Assembly (NCBI GenBank): GCA_918797485.1
Contig: CAKKNE010000003.1
Span: forward strand, 434,001-498,000
Length of the DNA: 64,000 nt
Direction of reading: 5' to 3'
Source: Pelagomonas calceolata
Taxonomy: Eukaryota
Part shown: one piece after another, positions 33,201 through 43,553 of the stretch
How the letters are laid out: every line of letters starts with the position of its first letter
Numbering within the stretch: the first letter of the stretch is position 1
Translations under genes and position numbers: made by a program
The notes under the pieces: generated by a model
What the model was told of the DNA's origin: nothing
Databases searched by the model: none
The model's input: only the letters and a program-made list of their open reading frames with translations

Positions 33201-34224
33201 CGAGGCGACGCGCCACGCGCCGCCCGTGCCACCGCCGGACCACCGGCAGCGCCAGGAACTGTCTGATGCCGCATTAGCGAGGCAGCTCGCCGAGGAGGAT
33301 GAAAGAGCAGCAGCAAGGGCGCAGAGCGCGCCGGCGCCGGCGCCGGCGCCCGCGCGCCAAAAGGGCCTCGCGGAGACCCTCACTGGAAGAAAGCTCAGCC
33401 AGTGGAAGGCGCAGTTCGCGAAGAAGCCCGAGGCTCCTGTGGATGCGGACCTGGAGCGCGCGCTCGCCGCGTCGCGGGCGGAGAGCGCGCCGCCGGCGCC
33501 GCCGCCGCCTCCACCGGTCAATCAAGACGATCTCGATCTCCAACGGGCGCTGGCCGCGTCGCGCATCGAGTCCCAGCCGCGCTACCAAGCGCCTCCTCGA
33601 CGGAGCCAGGAGGACGACGACGCGGCGCTGGCGCGGCGCCTCGCGGCGGAGTTCGACGCCGAGCCCGCGGCGCCTCCATCGTACTCAGCGCCGCCGCCGA
33701 GCGACGCGCCTCCCTCATACAATAGCGACGCGGTCTGGAACGCACCTCAGAAACCGCCGCCGCGGCCGGCGCCTTCCTACAACGATGATAACGACGCGGA
33801 TCTACAGCGGGCGCTGGCCGCGTCGCGCGCCGAAGCTCCGCGGCCCCAGGGGCTGTTCTCTTCGCTCAACGAACTGCCTCCGCAACAACGCTCGTACGAC
33901 GCGCGGCCGCCGCCGTCCACCTCGTCGTCGGCCGACTATCTGAGAAGAGCGGCGCAGCCCCCGCCGTCGACCTCGTCGTCGGCCGACTATCTGAGACGCT
34001 CGTATCAACAGGAGTACGCCCCGCCGCCGCCGCGCCGGTCGTACGGAAACTCCGCGGATAGTTATCTGAGGCAAGCCGCCCAGGCACCGCCGCCGCCCTC
34101 TTCTTTGGGGAATCGCTACGGACCACTGCCGCCGCAGCAGCAGTACCAGGACCCGGACCTGCCGCCGCTGCCGACGTTCGGGCGGCCGCCTCCTGGTTGG
34201 CAGCAGGATGGTCGCGGGTATTAA
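30278..34224 (+). CDS. BRO1-domain ESCRT-associated protein (ALIX/Bro1-like) with ubiquitin-binding and Pro-rich tail; intron 31024-31088
   Basis: LERGATLYNLAA, ACRHFQRSAGLF, LCLAQAQACYYEKA, RDNAQIY; the intron restores the frame (DLLDL|SSPCL). Confidence 0.88.
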
Positions 34225-34380
34225 TCTTCCTTGTGTATACCTCAGTTTCTCGTATCCACCTAGAGTACTTATCCATGCGGTACATAGTATCCGTAGGCCT
34301 TGTACATGCTTCAGCAGCGCCAGTTCCTCGAGGCGACCTCGTCCGGGGACGGGGACGTTCTTGCGCGAGGAAGGGGGAAA

Positions 34381-37300
34381 TCACGCGGCGAGCGCGAGCA
34401 CGAGGAGCGCGGCGCTGACGCCTGAGAGGCGGTAGGCGGCGTCGACGGTGTCACTGCCGCGGGTCGCGGTCGGCGCTGATGTCGGAGCCCCGATCGGCCG
34501 CGGCGTCGGCGACGCAGTGGGGCCCGGCGTCGTGACTATGACCTCGAGAGCAGCGTCCGCAATAGCCGCTTGCGTCGCCGCGACGTCGACGGTCACGGCG
34601 GCGAACGATGTATCCGCGGCCTGCAGAGTGGTCAAGAAGCTCCCGTCGCCGACGGCGGCCGTCAGCGCGTCCGACGCTTGTTCCAGCAAATCTGCACCAA
34701 CCGACGCGGCGCCGTTGGTGCCGACGACGCGGGCGACTCCCGTATACGAGACGCCGACGCCCGCGCCGGCGAGGCGCCGCCGCCGTCCCACCGCCTCAAT
34801 ATCGATCACCTCGTCAAAGGCCCCGCCCGCGCTATCCAAAACCGACTGCGCGAACGCCGCCTTCATGCCTTCGTCGGCATTAAATTCAGTCGCGACGATG
34901 CCCTCCAGCGTCACAGACGAGGCAACCTTGACCATCGTTTGGGCGGGCGTCGGCGCCGGCGTCGGCGCCGGCGAAGGGGCGCATCCGCCCACCACTTGCA
35001 CGACGCCGCACGACGTCGACTCACACGCGGCGCCAGTAAACGCCTCTTCAAAATCCACGTCCTCGTCCACGCACCAGCCGAGGTCCTGGTTAAAGGCCGA
35101 GGCCTGGTAGAACATCTTGTACATGTCCGAGTTACTGTGTACATTCCAACCACTGATGTCCTGGTTAAACGACGAGGCGCTGGTGAACATGTCGCCCAGA
35201 GACGTGACGCTGTGGACCGCCCAACCACCAATGTCCTGGTCGAAGGCCGAGGCGCCGTTGAACATCCCGCCCAGGGTCGTGACCTCGGAGGTGTCCCACG
35301 CGCCGATGTCCTGATTGAAGGCCGAGGCACTCCAGAACATCGATCTCATATCCGTGACGCTGTCGACCGCCCAACCACCGATGTCCTGGTTAAAGGCCGA
35401 GGCGTACCAGAACATGTGGGACATGCTCGTTACGCCGGAGGTGTCCCACGCGCCGATGTCCTCGTTGAATGAAATAGCTTTATTGTTGCATTCTTTCTCC
35501 CAGGTTGGCGCGCAAAACAACTCCGACATGTCCGTCACATCTCGCGTACTCCAATGCGAGATGTGGCCGTACGTCGCCTCGGCGGCGGCGCGGTCCGAGA
35601 ACCACGCCGCAACGGCAGTGCGGATGCTCGTGTCATCTAAAGGTACTGTCGGCGCCGGCGTCGCGGTGGGCGCCGGGGTCAACGTCGGACGTGGCGACGG
35701 CGCGCAGGCTCCGTCCGCTTGTTTGACGCCGCACGCCGTCCTCGCTGCCGCCCCCACCGCCGTCCCCGCCGCCAGGGTCTTCTCGCACACGCTGCCCAGA
35801 CTCACGGCGTCGTCCACGCACCAGCCGAGGTCCTGGTCGAAGGCCGAGGCTTCGAATAACATCCCATCCATCTTTGTAACGCTGTCGAACGTCCAACCAC
35901 TGAGGTCTTGATTAAAGGCCGTGACAGAAGAGAGCATCCAGTCTATGTACCTGACAGCAGAGACATCCCACGCACTGATGTCCTCGTTGAAGGACGCCAC
36001 AGCCGTGTTGCAGTACTCGCTGTGTTGATACGCACAAAACAAATACGCCATGTACGTCACCCCCGATGTGTCCCACGTCGAAATGTGGCCGTACGTCGAC
36101 TCGGCAGCCGTCGCATCCAATACCCACGCGGTCTCTGCCAATCGGATGCCAAAGTCGCTCATAGGGCCGCCACCACACTTCTGAGCAGCGGATGGCAGGA
36201 TACCGCACGACGTCGCCTCGCACTTCGATCCTACGAACAACGAACCTGCCCCCCTCGCATCGCTAAACGACAACATGTCGTCTTGTTCCACGCACCAGCC
36301 GAGGTCCTGGTCGAAGGCCGAGGCGCCCATGAATATCTGTTCCCATTGCCTGACGCTAGAGGTGTCCCACGTGCTGATGTCCTGGTTAAAGGACGAGGCT
36401 TCTTTGAACATTTTTCCCATTTCCTGTACGTTTTTGACTTCCCAGCCGCTGATGTCCTCGTTGAAGGACGAAGCGCCTTCAAACAATTCCTCCATGTATT
36501 TCACCCCCGATGTGTCCCAAGTCGAGATGTGGCCGTACTTCGACTCTGCAGCAGTCGCGTCCGCGAGCCACGCCGCGACGGCCGTGTAGATCTTACTGTC
36601 AGTCATAACATTACCACCAGCATCGTCGTCATCGTCATCGTCATCCTCGTCGTCGTCGTCGCAGGCGTCGTACTCGCACGTGCTGACCTCCCACGATTCG
36701 TCGGCATTCCCGTCGAGGTCTTCGTCGTAAAAAATGGTATTCGTACCCGGCTCGCAGGTGATTCGGCCGCCCGACACGGCCGTTTGATCTTCCACCGCTT
36801 CGCAGTCGCACGAATCGCACCCGCCGTTGCGCATCAGCGTCCCGTCGTCTCGGCATTCATGCACCTCATAGCCTAGGGTGCAGTCGTCGTCGTCCTCGTC
36901 ACCAGAGAGCCTCGTCGGCTGCCACGTCGGCTGAGGGGTCGGCCGCGATGTAGGCGTGAACGTCGGCCTTGGCGTCGGCTGCGGAACTGGGCGCGGCGTC
37001 GGCGCGCAACCACCGGCTACTTGCGTGACGCCGCACGACGTCGACGCGCACGGGGTGCCTCTGAACGCGTTGTTCAGGTCCACGTCGTCGTCCACGCACC
37101 AGCCGAGGTCCTGGTCGAAGGTCGAGGCGCCGTCGAACATCCCGTTCATCGTAGTGACGCCGGAGGTGTCCCACTGACTGATGTCCTCGTTGAAGGGATA
37201 AGATGTGTCTTTGAACAACTCTGACATGTCCGTCACCCCCGATGTGTCCCACGTCGAAATGTCGCCGTACGTCGCCATGGCGGCACCCGCGCCCGCACTG

Positions 37301-38862
37301 TCCGCGGTCCACACCGCGACGGCCGTTCTAATGTTACTATCGGTCATGACGTAGCCCGAGAGCACGCGGCGCTGCCCAAGGCTTTGCACTGACGAGCTCG
37401 GAGACTCATTGGTCTTGATCTTCGAACTCTTCGTAATGGTGTAGTCGCTGCCGCGGACAGAAGTCGCCGCCGCCGCCACGAGGGCGATCTCTGGCCAAAT
37501 AAGCAGGTAGCTGACGACGTACGAGCGCCAGGCCGCGCCCTTCGCCGAGCTACTGTGCCGCGGAATAATCCTTCCGAACACGAAGAGTCCCAAAACAAGT
37601 TCTAGCAAAATCGCAAGAAACTGGAAGAGCCACCAGGAAGCCCGCCCTTCTTCTTCGTCGACGCCGCCGCCCTTGGTCGCGTCCGGGGCCGCCAACATCA
37701 ATTCGGCGGACGCGTGGTTTTGGTAGAGCTGGAGCCGCGCCATCGTCGCGGCGACGGTCGTCGCGAATACCTTGGAGGCAGCGCGGTCGAGGCCGTTCTC
37801 GCCGGCCGGCGCACGCGTGCTGCCGCCGTCGGACTTGCTGCCGTCCGCCCCGTGGTTCTTGTAGAGCTGGCGCCGCGCCGTCGTCGCGGCGACGCTCGTC
37901 GCCAAGCCCTTGGAGGCAGCGCGGTCGAGGCCGTTCTCGCCGGCCGGCGCGGACGTGCTGGCGCTTTTGTCGGACTGGCTGCCGTCCGCCCCGTGGTTCT
38001 TGTAGAGCTGGAGCCACGTGTTCTTCGCGGGGCTCGTCGCTAATTCCTTGGAGGCAGCGCGGTCGAGGCCGTTCTCGCCGGCCGGCGCGGACGTGCTGGC
38101 GCTGTTGTCGGACTTGCTGCCGTCCGCCCCGGAGTTCTTGTAGAGCTGGAGCCACGTGTTCCTCGCTGCGGCGCTCGTCGCCAAGCCCTTGGAGGCAGCG
38201 CGGTCGAGGCCGTTCTCGCCGGCCCGCGCGGACGTGCTGCCGCTTTTGTCGGACTTGCTGCCGTCCGCCCCGTGGTTCTTGTAGAGCTGGCGCCGCGCCG
38301 TCGTCGCGGCGACGCTCGTCGCCAAGCCCTTGGAGGCAGCGCGGTCGAGGCCGTTCTCGCCGGCCGGCGCGGACGTGCTGGCGCTTTTGTCGGACTGGCT
38401 GCCGTCCGCCCCGTGGTTCTTGTAGAGCTGGAGCCACGTGTTCTTCGCGGGGCTCGTCGCTAATTCCTTGGAGGCAGCGCGGTCGAGGCCGTTCTCGCCG
38501 GCCGGCGCGGACGTGCTGGCGCTGTTGTCGGACTTGCTGCCGTCCGCCCCGGAGTTCTTGTAGAGCTGGAACCACGTGTTCCTCGCTGCGGCGCTCGTCG
38601 CCACGCCCTTGGAGGCAGCGCGGTCGAGGCCGTTCTCGCCGGCCCGGGCGCACGTGCTGCCAGTTTTGTCGGACTTGCTGCCGTCTTCTTCGTACATGAC
38701 CATGGCCTCGGAGAAACCGGCTAGTTTCTCGCCGAGCCGGGAGCCGCCCTCCTCGGGGCAGCCCTTCCAGGGCTTGTTGCATGTGCTCAGCCTGCTGGGG
38801 CCGCGCGCGGGGGCCCGAAGCGGCAGCGCGCTGGCCACGGACAGCATCAGGGCGGCGAACAT
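34381..38862 (-). CDS. Large surface protein with DUF285/BspA-like repeats
   Basis: Signal peptide, repeated FNEDIS.WDTSGVT.M..MF, PT.AP linkers, hydrophobic C-terminus (GPI-like). Confidence 0.88.
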   Translation of the reverse strand: MFAALMLSVASALPLRAPARGPSRLSTCNKPWKGCPEEGGSRLGEKLAGFSEAMVMYEEDGSKSDKTGSTCARAGENGLDRAASKGVATSAAARNTWFQLYKNSGADGSKSDNSASTSAPAGENGLDRAASKELATSPAKNTWLQLYKNHGADGSQSDKSASTSAPAGENGLDRAASKGLATSVAATTARRQLYKNHGADGSKSDKSGSTSARAGENGLDRAASKGLATSAAARNTWLQLYKNSGADGSKSDNSASTSAPAGENGLDRAASKELATSPAKNTWLQLYKNHGADGSQSDKSASTSAPAGENGLDRAASKGLATSVAATTARRQLYKNHGADGSKSDGGSTRAPAGENGLDRAASKVFATTVAATMARLQLYQNHASAELMLAAPDATKGGGVDEEEGRASWWLFQFLAILLELVLGLFVFGRIIPRHSSSAKGAAWRSYVVSYLLIWPEIALVAAAATSVRGSDYTITKSSKIKTNESPSSSVQSLGQRRVLSGYVMTDSNIRTAVAVWTADSAGAGAAMATYGDISTWDTSGVTDMSELFKDTSYPFNEDISQWDTSGVTTMNGMFDGASTFDQDLGWCVDDDVDLNNAFRGTPCASTSCGVTQVAGGCAPTPRPVPQPTPRPTFTPTSRPTPQPTWQPTRLSGDEDDDDCTLGYEVHECRDDGTLMRNGGCDSCDCEAVEDQTAVSGGRITCEPGTNTIFYDEDLDGNADESWEVSTCEYDACDDDDEDDDDDDDDAGGNVMTDSKIYTAVAAWLADATAAESKYGHISTWDTSGVKYMEELFEGASSFNEDISGWEVKNVQEMGKMFKEASSFNQDISTWDTSSVRQWEQIFMGASAFDQDLGWCVEQDDMLSFSDARGAGSLFVGSKCEATSCGILPSAAQKCGGGPMSDFGIRLAETAWVLDATAAESTYGHISTWDTSGVTYMAYLFCAYQHSEYCNTAVASFNEDISAWDVSAVRYIDWMLSSVTAFNQDLSGWTFDSVTKMDGMLFEASAFDQDLGWCVDDAVSLGSVCEKTLAAGTAVGAAARTACGVKQADGACAPSPRPTLTPAPTATPAPTVPLDDTSIRTAVAAWFSDRAAAEATYGHISHWSTRDVTDMSELFCAPTWEKECNNKAISFNEDIGAWDTSGVTSMSHMFWYASAFNQDIGGWAVDSVTDMRSMFWSASAFNQDIGAWDTSEVTTLGGMFNGASAFDQDIGGWAVHSVTSLGDMFTSASSFNQDISGWNVHSNSDMYKMFYQASAFNQDLGWCVDEDVDFEEAFTGAACESTSCGVVQVVGGCAPSPAPTPAPTPAQTMVKVASSVTLEGIVATEFNADEGMKAAFAQSVLDSAGGAFDEVIDIEAVGRRRRLAGAGVGVSYTGVARVVGTNGAASVGADLLEQASDALTAAVGDGSFLTTLQAADTSFAAVTVDVAATQAAIADAALEVIVTTPGPTASPTPRPIGAPTSAPTATRGSDTVDAAYRLSGVSAALLVLALAA
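37709..38682 (-). repeat. Coding tandem array: 7 units of about 140 bp with a 420-bp higher-order period
   Basis: [25 protein letters not shown] x7; sequence at 37861 recurs at 38281. Confidence 0.95.
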
Positions 38863-39038
38863 TTTCAGTAGTTTTCGTTCCGCATGCGTCCCAGCTCACG
38901 AATTTGGCTTGTCTGGGCAAGTCTGGGGTGCCCAGTGCCCAGCGTTAATTCTGGGACGCGCGCGGGCTGGCATTGGAGCGAATCCCTGCACGCTCATAGT
39001 CATCCAGGATACCTACTGGAGCGTGTCGGTTATTCAAT

Positions 39039-39062
39039 GCTAGCGGCCAGTAAGACACTAGC
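39039..39062 (+). promoter_or_regulatory. CTAG-N14-CTAG motif
   Basis: GCTAGCGGCCAGTAAGACACTAGC, identical to the copy at 39908. Confidence 0.72.
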
Positions 39063-39101
39063 AAAGGCTGGAGCCGGTGCCGTGCCTAGTACGCGGGCAA
39101 G

Positions 39102-39263
39102 ATGTGGCCCGAACGCACCGAGGTCCAGAAAATACCTCGCGAAGAAGATCTCGACCCCTCGCGCGTCTACGCCTTCCGGAAGTTCGTCCAGGAGCTCCTC
39201 ATCCCCGCCGGCGGCGGCCCGCGATTCCTCCACGCGATGTGGACGCTGTACGAGCACTGCTGA
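39102..39263 (+). CDS. Candidate 53-aa microprotein
   Basis: MWPERTEVQKIPREEDLDPSRVYAFRKFVQELLIPAGGGPRFLHAMWTLYEHC; GC3-rich codons; 40 bp after the motif. Confidence 0.4.
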   Translation: MWPERTEVQKIPREEDLDPSRVYAFRKFVQELLIPAGGGPRFLHAMWTLYEHC

Positions 39264-39303
39264 AGAGTAAGGATTATACACAAGAACAAGGGCGGGTAAG
39301 CGA

Positions 39304-39708
39304 CTAGACCTCTTCCCCGAAGAGGTGCTCGGGCGCTCCGTCCGTCGGAGAGCGCGGCTTAGATTGGGCCGGTGGTTGCGGCATTCGGAGGAGCGGCGCG
39401 TCGAGTTGACTAAGGTTCTCGAAGTGTTCTCGATGGCGTTCGCCGGGCGAGCTCTGCGGCAACGGGTTCGAGGTCGACCGCCGCGGCGGGTCCCGAAAGC
39501 CCTGCGATTCCTCCTCCTCGGAGATGGCTTCTGGATTCGAGACGGCCCGTCGGGGTGGCGTCCTCGCTTGTGGCGTCGCCTCGCCGAGCTCCAAGGATTC
39601 GATGTCGACCGAGACGCGGGCCACGACGCCTTCGTTATCGGCGAACGCTTTGCTCTTGGGCGAGAACGGGACGCCGCCTTCCATGGCGAGCAGGTTTTGG
39701 GAGGACAT
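39304..39708 (-). CDS. Hypothetical protein (134 aa)
   Basis: AAAATG start at 39708, 200 bp from the motif; no recognisable domain. Confidence 0.5.
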   Translation of the reverse strand: MSSQNLLAMEGGVPFSPKSKAFADNEGVVARVSVDIESLELGEATPQARTPPRRAVSNPEAISEEEESQGFRDPPRRSTSNPLPQSSPGERHREHFENLSQLDAPLLRMPQPPAQSKPRSPTDGAPEHLFGEEV

Positions 39709-39907
39709 TTTCTTGTCTGCTCGATGGCGTGAGAGAGCACTTTTGATCTCAGTGAGAGCAAGCGTGTTTGTAATGTCTCTAGGCACTCGCGCTGCTGAAA
39801 AAAGATTCCAGCGCACGCTGTAGCTGTGATGAGGCCCCGTCAGCAGCCCAGAAGCTGGCAGTCGTGCCCAGGAGCCGCGTATGCAGCTCAGAGCGCCCAC
39901 CGAATTA

Positions 39908-39931
39908 GCTAGCGGCCAGTAAGACACTAGC
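39908..39931 (+). promoter_or_regulatory. CTAG-N14-CTAG motif
   Basis: GCTAGCGGCCAGTAAGACACTAGC between 39708(-) and 40110(+). Confidence 0.72.
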
Positions 39932-40109
39932 AAGACAGCTTGGCAAGTCAGCGGTGGCTTTGTGCAGCAGCAAGCACGTACACGTGCGGCAAGCGCAGCA
40001 AGCAGTGCGAGCGGACGACCGCGCAGCGCTGCGTCGCTGAATCTCGCGCCGCCGCCGCAACCTGACAGCCCACTACTGCAAAAATGACAAGCAGCACACC
40101 AGCATAGCG

Positions 40110-43100
40110 ATGCCGCGCGTAGCGATGCCGCACGTAGCGCTAGTCATTGCGCTGCTCCTGCTGCGGCCGGTGAGCCCGCTCAAAAAGACGCCCACGAAAG
40201 CCCAGCAGGACGATCGCCTGCGACCGCTCGACGGCTCGTGTTTCGCGTTCGCGCGGGCGGGCGAGTTCTGGGGCTACGAGTGGTGTCATAGGAGGTGGGT
40301 CAAGCAGTTCCAGGCGGCCTGGGCCGTGCCGCCCGGTGAACGACGGCAGGAGACGACGGTCGGCACGTTTTCGCCGGCGCTCACGGCGCGGTTGCGGGGC
40401 AACGTGACGGAGCACGCCTTTTCTGATGGGGAGCGGTGCGGTAGAAGAGGCACGAAGCGCCGAGCGACGGTGCGGTTACGGTGTTGTTCTGAAAGACGCG
40501 GCGAAGGGAGTAGTGGCCGCAATGTATACATTTCTGATGTAAATGAACCGGCGACCTGCGCCTATGTCGTGGAAGTATGTGCGCGCTTAGCTTGTGAGAC
40601 GCCTGAAGAGAGAAGAAAGTTTGGCGGCGGCGATCAGATCGGAAGAGGCCCCATGTCACTCGAGCTGAGACAGTCCTACAAGCAGCGAGCCAAGGCCTTG
40701 TTTGAGAGAGGCTACGACGCTTATGTGAGGCATGCCGAGCCCGAGGGGGAACTACGCCCTAGAAGTTGTAGTGGTGGTCCATTCGATTTGGTCAAACTCC
40801 CACTAGTGACATTGGTGGACTCGCTCGATGCTCTAGCAATCATGGGCAATTCCACCGAATTTCAGAGTGCTACCCAGCGTATATGGCAGGGCTTCCCTGA
40901 CAAGTTCAATTTCGACGTCAACGTCTCTGTGTTCGAAACTACCATACGAGTCCTCGGTGGTTTGTTGAGCGGCCACTTGTTGGCTGTGGATGCGTCGTTG
41001 AACCTCACGACAGAGTATGACGGGGAATTATTAGCTTTGGCGTTAGATCTGGGTGAACGACTAGCGCCGGCGTTCGAGACTCCTACTAGTATACCCTACG
41101 GTACGGTGAATCTGAGGTACGGCATACCGCGAGGCGAGACTCCTGTCGCTTCATTAGCCGGTGCCGGGTCTCTCTCCATCGAGTTTGGCGTGCTCAGTGC
41201 GTTGACGGGAGACGGGTCCTTCTCTGCCAAAGCTTCTGCCGCATCCAGAGCGTTGTATGAACGAAGATCGCCCCAGAACCTGTTCGGCAAGCACATCAAC
41301 GTCCGATCGGGCAAGTGGGTCGAATCACTGTCAGGTGTCGGTTCGAACAGCGATAGCTTCTACGAATATTTACTAAAATCCTACGTCCTCTTCCAGGACC
41401 ACGATAGTTACAGGATGTTCGAGGAGGCCTATTCTGCGATAGACAGTACGACGCGGCAGGGCGACTGGTTCGCGGACGTCGACATGCACGGCGGCAAGCC
41501 GCGGCGCCAGCACTTCGAGAACTTGCAGGCCTTCTGGCCCGGTTTGCAAGTTTTATCTGGTGATCTGGAACTGGCGTCACGATCCTTAAACGCCTTCTGG
41601 ACGATCTGGAGCGACTGGGGCGCCCTCCCTGAAGAGTACGACTTCGCGCGTAGACGATTAGTAGCTACTCGTACTGGTTTGAGGTATCCGTTGCGCCCGG
41701 AGTTGATCGAAGCGACGTACTTCATGCATCGAGCTACACAAGACGATTCGTGGTTGTGGGCGGCGTCTCGAGTGTTTGAGGCCCTAGAGGACGTCGCCGA
41801 GGGAGCCAGGTGCGGCGCCGCGTCCTTCGCGAATGCCGCCACCCATGCGTTGGAGGACGAGATGCCGTCGTTTTACTTAGCGGAGACGGTCAAGTACCTC
41901 TACTTATTGTTTGATGAGGACAATTTCATTTCCAAGAGGCCTTACGTCTTTTCTACGGAAGCCCACCCCTTCGACGCCGAGCAGATCAAGCGATTAACAA
42001 GGGCGCCTCGACTCGTCGAGACGATGGCCCCGCCCCCGGTGAAGAATGAATCGACCTTAGCGGCTCTCTGGCGGCGGCTGCGGGCGACTACCACCACACG
42101 ACCAGCTCTCCGGAAGAAGCACTGGCGACGACGTGAACAACCGAGAGAGCCTACGGTTCCCGTCTCGTCTCGCTGTCAACATTGGCCCTGGTGGTACGAC
42201 CTGGGTTACTCTTCTACTTTTGAGCCGTCGCTCGCGTCGACCGTACCCTCGACCTTATCTGATAGAAAACGTACGGTGGCACCGAGATGCTATGCGAACG
42301 AAGCACCGGACGACGACGACGAGGAGGAGGACGAGGTCGAAGAGGACGAGACGCCGCCACCATCACGCGCCCGAGCGGCTCGCAGACGAGGCGACGAGGA
42401 GCCGCGGCGAGGGAGAGCTCAAGTCGACGGTCTCGGATCTTTTGATGTGGAGGTCTTCAGTGATGGCTTCCACGTCGGCAACCGCGAGGATGGGGAGACC
42501 CTCGAGGTGTCCAATGTTGGTAGTAGTATGATGCTCGTCACTAGCGCATCTCGAGGTCGGAAAGACGCGTCGTTGGCCGTGTCATCTATTGATGGATTGG
42601 AGATTGTGTGTAGTGTTATACACTCAAATAGTGTGTATCCATGCGTCGTCGCGGCGTTCGGTGCTTCAATCGCGGAGTCGACCGAAGATGCTAGTATTGA
42701 GGAACATGGCACTCTAGCCTTCGACGAGGACGGGTGTTCTTCCGATGGAGACGTCGACTTCGAGAGTGGCGCTATACTCCTAGTGAATAGGGGCGCCTGC
42801 ACCTTCGAGGCCAAGGCGCGGAACGCGGAAGCGACGGGCGCGTCGGCGCTCATCGTGGCCAATTCCGTGCCGGGGCAAGCGCGGTTCTCCATGGCGCGCG
42901 CCGACGACGAACCAACAGATGAGGAGGTGGGAATTCCTTGCGTCATGGTGTCGCACGAGCACGGGGAGGTACTCCTTCGTGGAAGCAGTGAGGACGTCGA
43001 GCTGAGTCTGATGAAGAGACCGGTGACGCCGGTCGACGGCTTCGGCGTGGCCGTGGATCCTGGGAAGAGTGTGCACGTCTCGGGGCGAGGCCGGTGGGGC

Positions 43101-43334
43101 GTGTTTCTGGACGCCAAGGCCGGTTCGTCAGACGCGTGGCAGCTCTACATCGTCAAGACGGCCGAGGCGGCTCGAGCCGTCGAGAACGAGACCCTGTGTT
43201 TCCCGAAACTTACAAGAGGGTGCGACGCGTACGTGTTTTCCGAAAATGAGTCTGTTAGGTTGGACTTCCAGGGGACGGTGCAAGCCTCGAAATGTCGGTG
43301 CCCGGCGAATTCGTCTTGCGGCTCTTTCGGGTAA
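40110..43334 (+). CDS. GH47 EDEM-like alpha-1,2-mannosidase with N-terminal MRH (OS-9-like) domain and C-terminal PA domain
   Basis: TLVDSLDAL, VSVFETTIRVLGGLLSGH, DSFYEYLLK, YPLRPELIE, MPSFYLAET.KYLYLLF, FSTEAHP; LVNRGACTF.AKA (PA); WGYEWC..EPATCAY (MRH). Confidence 0.92.
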   Translation: MPRVAMPHVALVIALLLLRPVSPLKKTPTKAQQDDRLRPLDGSCFAFARAGEFWGYEWCHRRWVKQFQAAWAVPPGERRQETTVGTFSPALTARLRGNVTEHAFSDGERCGRRGTKRRATVRLRCCSERRGEGSSGRNVYISDVNEPATCAYVVEVCARLACETPEERRKFGGGDQIGRGPMSLELRQSYKQRAKALFERGYDAYVRHAEPEGELRPRSCSGGPFDLVKLPLVTLVDSLDALAIMGNSTEFQSATQRIWQGFPDKFNFDVNVSVFETTIRVLGGLLSGHLLAVDASLNLTTEYDGELLALALDLGERLAPAFETPTSIPYGTVNLRYGIPRGETPVASLAGAGSLSIEFGVLSALTGDGSFSAKASAASRALYERRSPQNLFGKHINVRSGKWVESLSGVGSNSDSFYEYLLKSYVLFQDHDSYRMFEEAYSAIDSTTRQGDWFADVDMHGGKPRRQHFENLQAFWPGLQVLSGDLELASRSLNAFWTIWSDWGALPEEYDFARRRLVATRTGLRYPLRPELIEATYFMHRATQDDSWLWAASRVFEALEDVAEGARCGAASFANAATHALEDEMPSFYLAETVKYLYLLFDEDNFISKRPYVFSTEAHPFDAEQIKRLTRAPRLVETMAPPPVKNESTLAALWRRLRATTTTRPALRKKHWRRREQPREPTVPVSSRCQHWPWWYDLGYSSTFEPSLASTVPSTLSDRKRTVAPRCYANEAPDDDDEEEDEVEEDETPPPSRARAARRRGDEEPRRGRAQVDGLGSFDVEVFSDGFHVGNREDGETLEVSNVGSSMMLVTSASRGRKDASLAVSSIDGLEIVCSVIHSNSVYPCVVAAFGASIAESTEDASIEEHGTLAFDEDGCSSDGDVDFESGAILLVNRGACTFEAKARNAEATGASALIVANSVPGQARFSMARADDEPTDEEVGIPCVMVSHEHGEVLLRGSSEDVELSLMKRPVTPVDGFGVAVDPGKSVHVSGRGRWGVFLDAKAGSSDAWQLYIVKTAEAARAVENETLCFPKLTRGCDAYVFSENESVRLDFQGTVQASKCRCPANSSCGSFG

Positions 43335-43357
43335 TTAATCTTAGTGTGACTTAGTTT

Positions 43358-43553
43358 TTACGCATCCCCCGGCGACGGCGTCTCGCGGGCGCGGAGCGCG
43401 GCTCGCGCATCTCGTAGGGATTGCTCAATTGCCGCTGTGTCCGGGTGCGCGCCGCCGAGCACACGCCGCGCGATCTGATCCGCGTCCTCGAGCGTCGTCA
43501 CGGCCTCGCGGAGATCATCGAGCGTCGCGCCGTCGTCGGCGTAGAGCGCATCC
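43358..43553 (-). pseudogene. C-terminal fragment of the MYND-RINGv-TPR family
   Basis: ALYADDGATLDDLREAVTTLED..RRVLGGAHP..RARETPS; nothing upstream. Confidence 0.75.

Noticed and set aside
33907..34000. Duplicated PPPSTSSSADYLRR
   Set aside because: Ordinary internal coding duplication in a low-complexity tail.
37550..38920. 456-aa alternative-frame ORF and CRISPR-like appearance of the array
   Set aside because: Alternative frame of the coding tandem repeat; units are contiguous with no unique spacers and there are no cas genes.
39039..39933. Identical 26-bp direct repeats as LTR or transposon ends
   Set aside because: Better explained as two copies of the window-wide promoter motif; no TSD or TE coding sequence.
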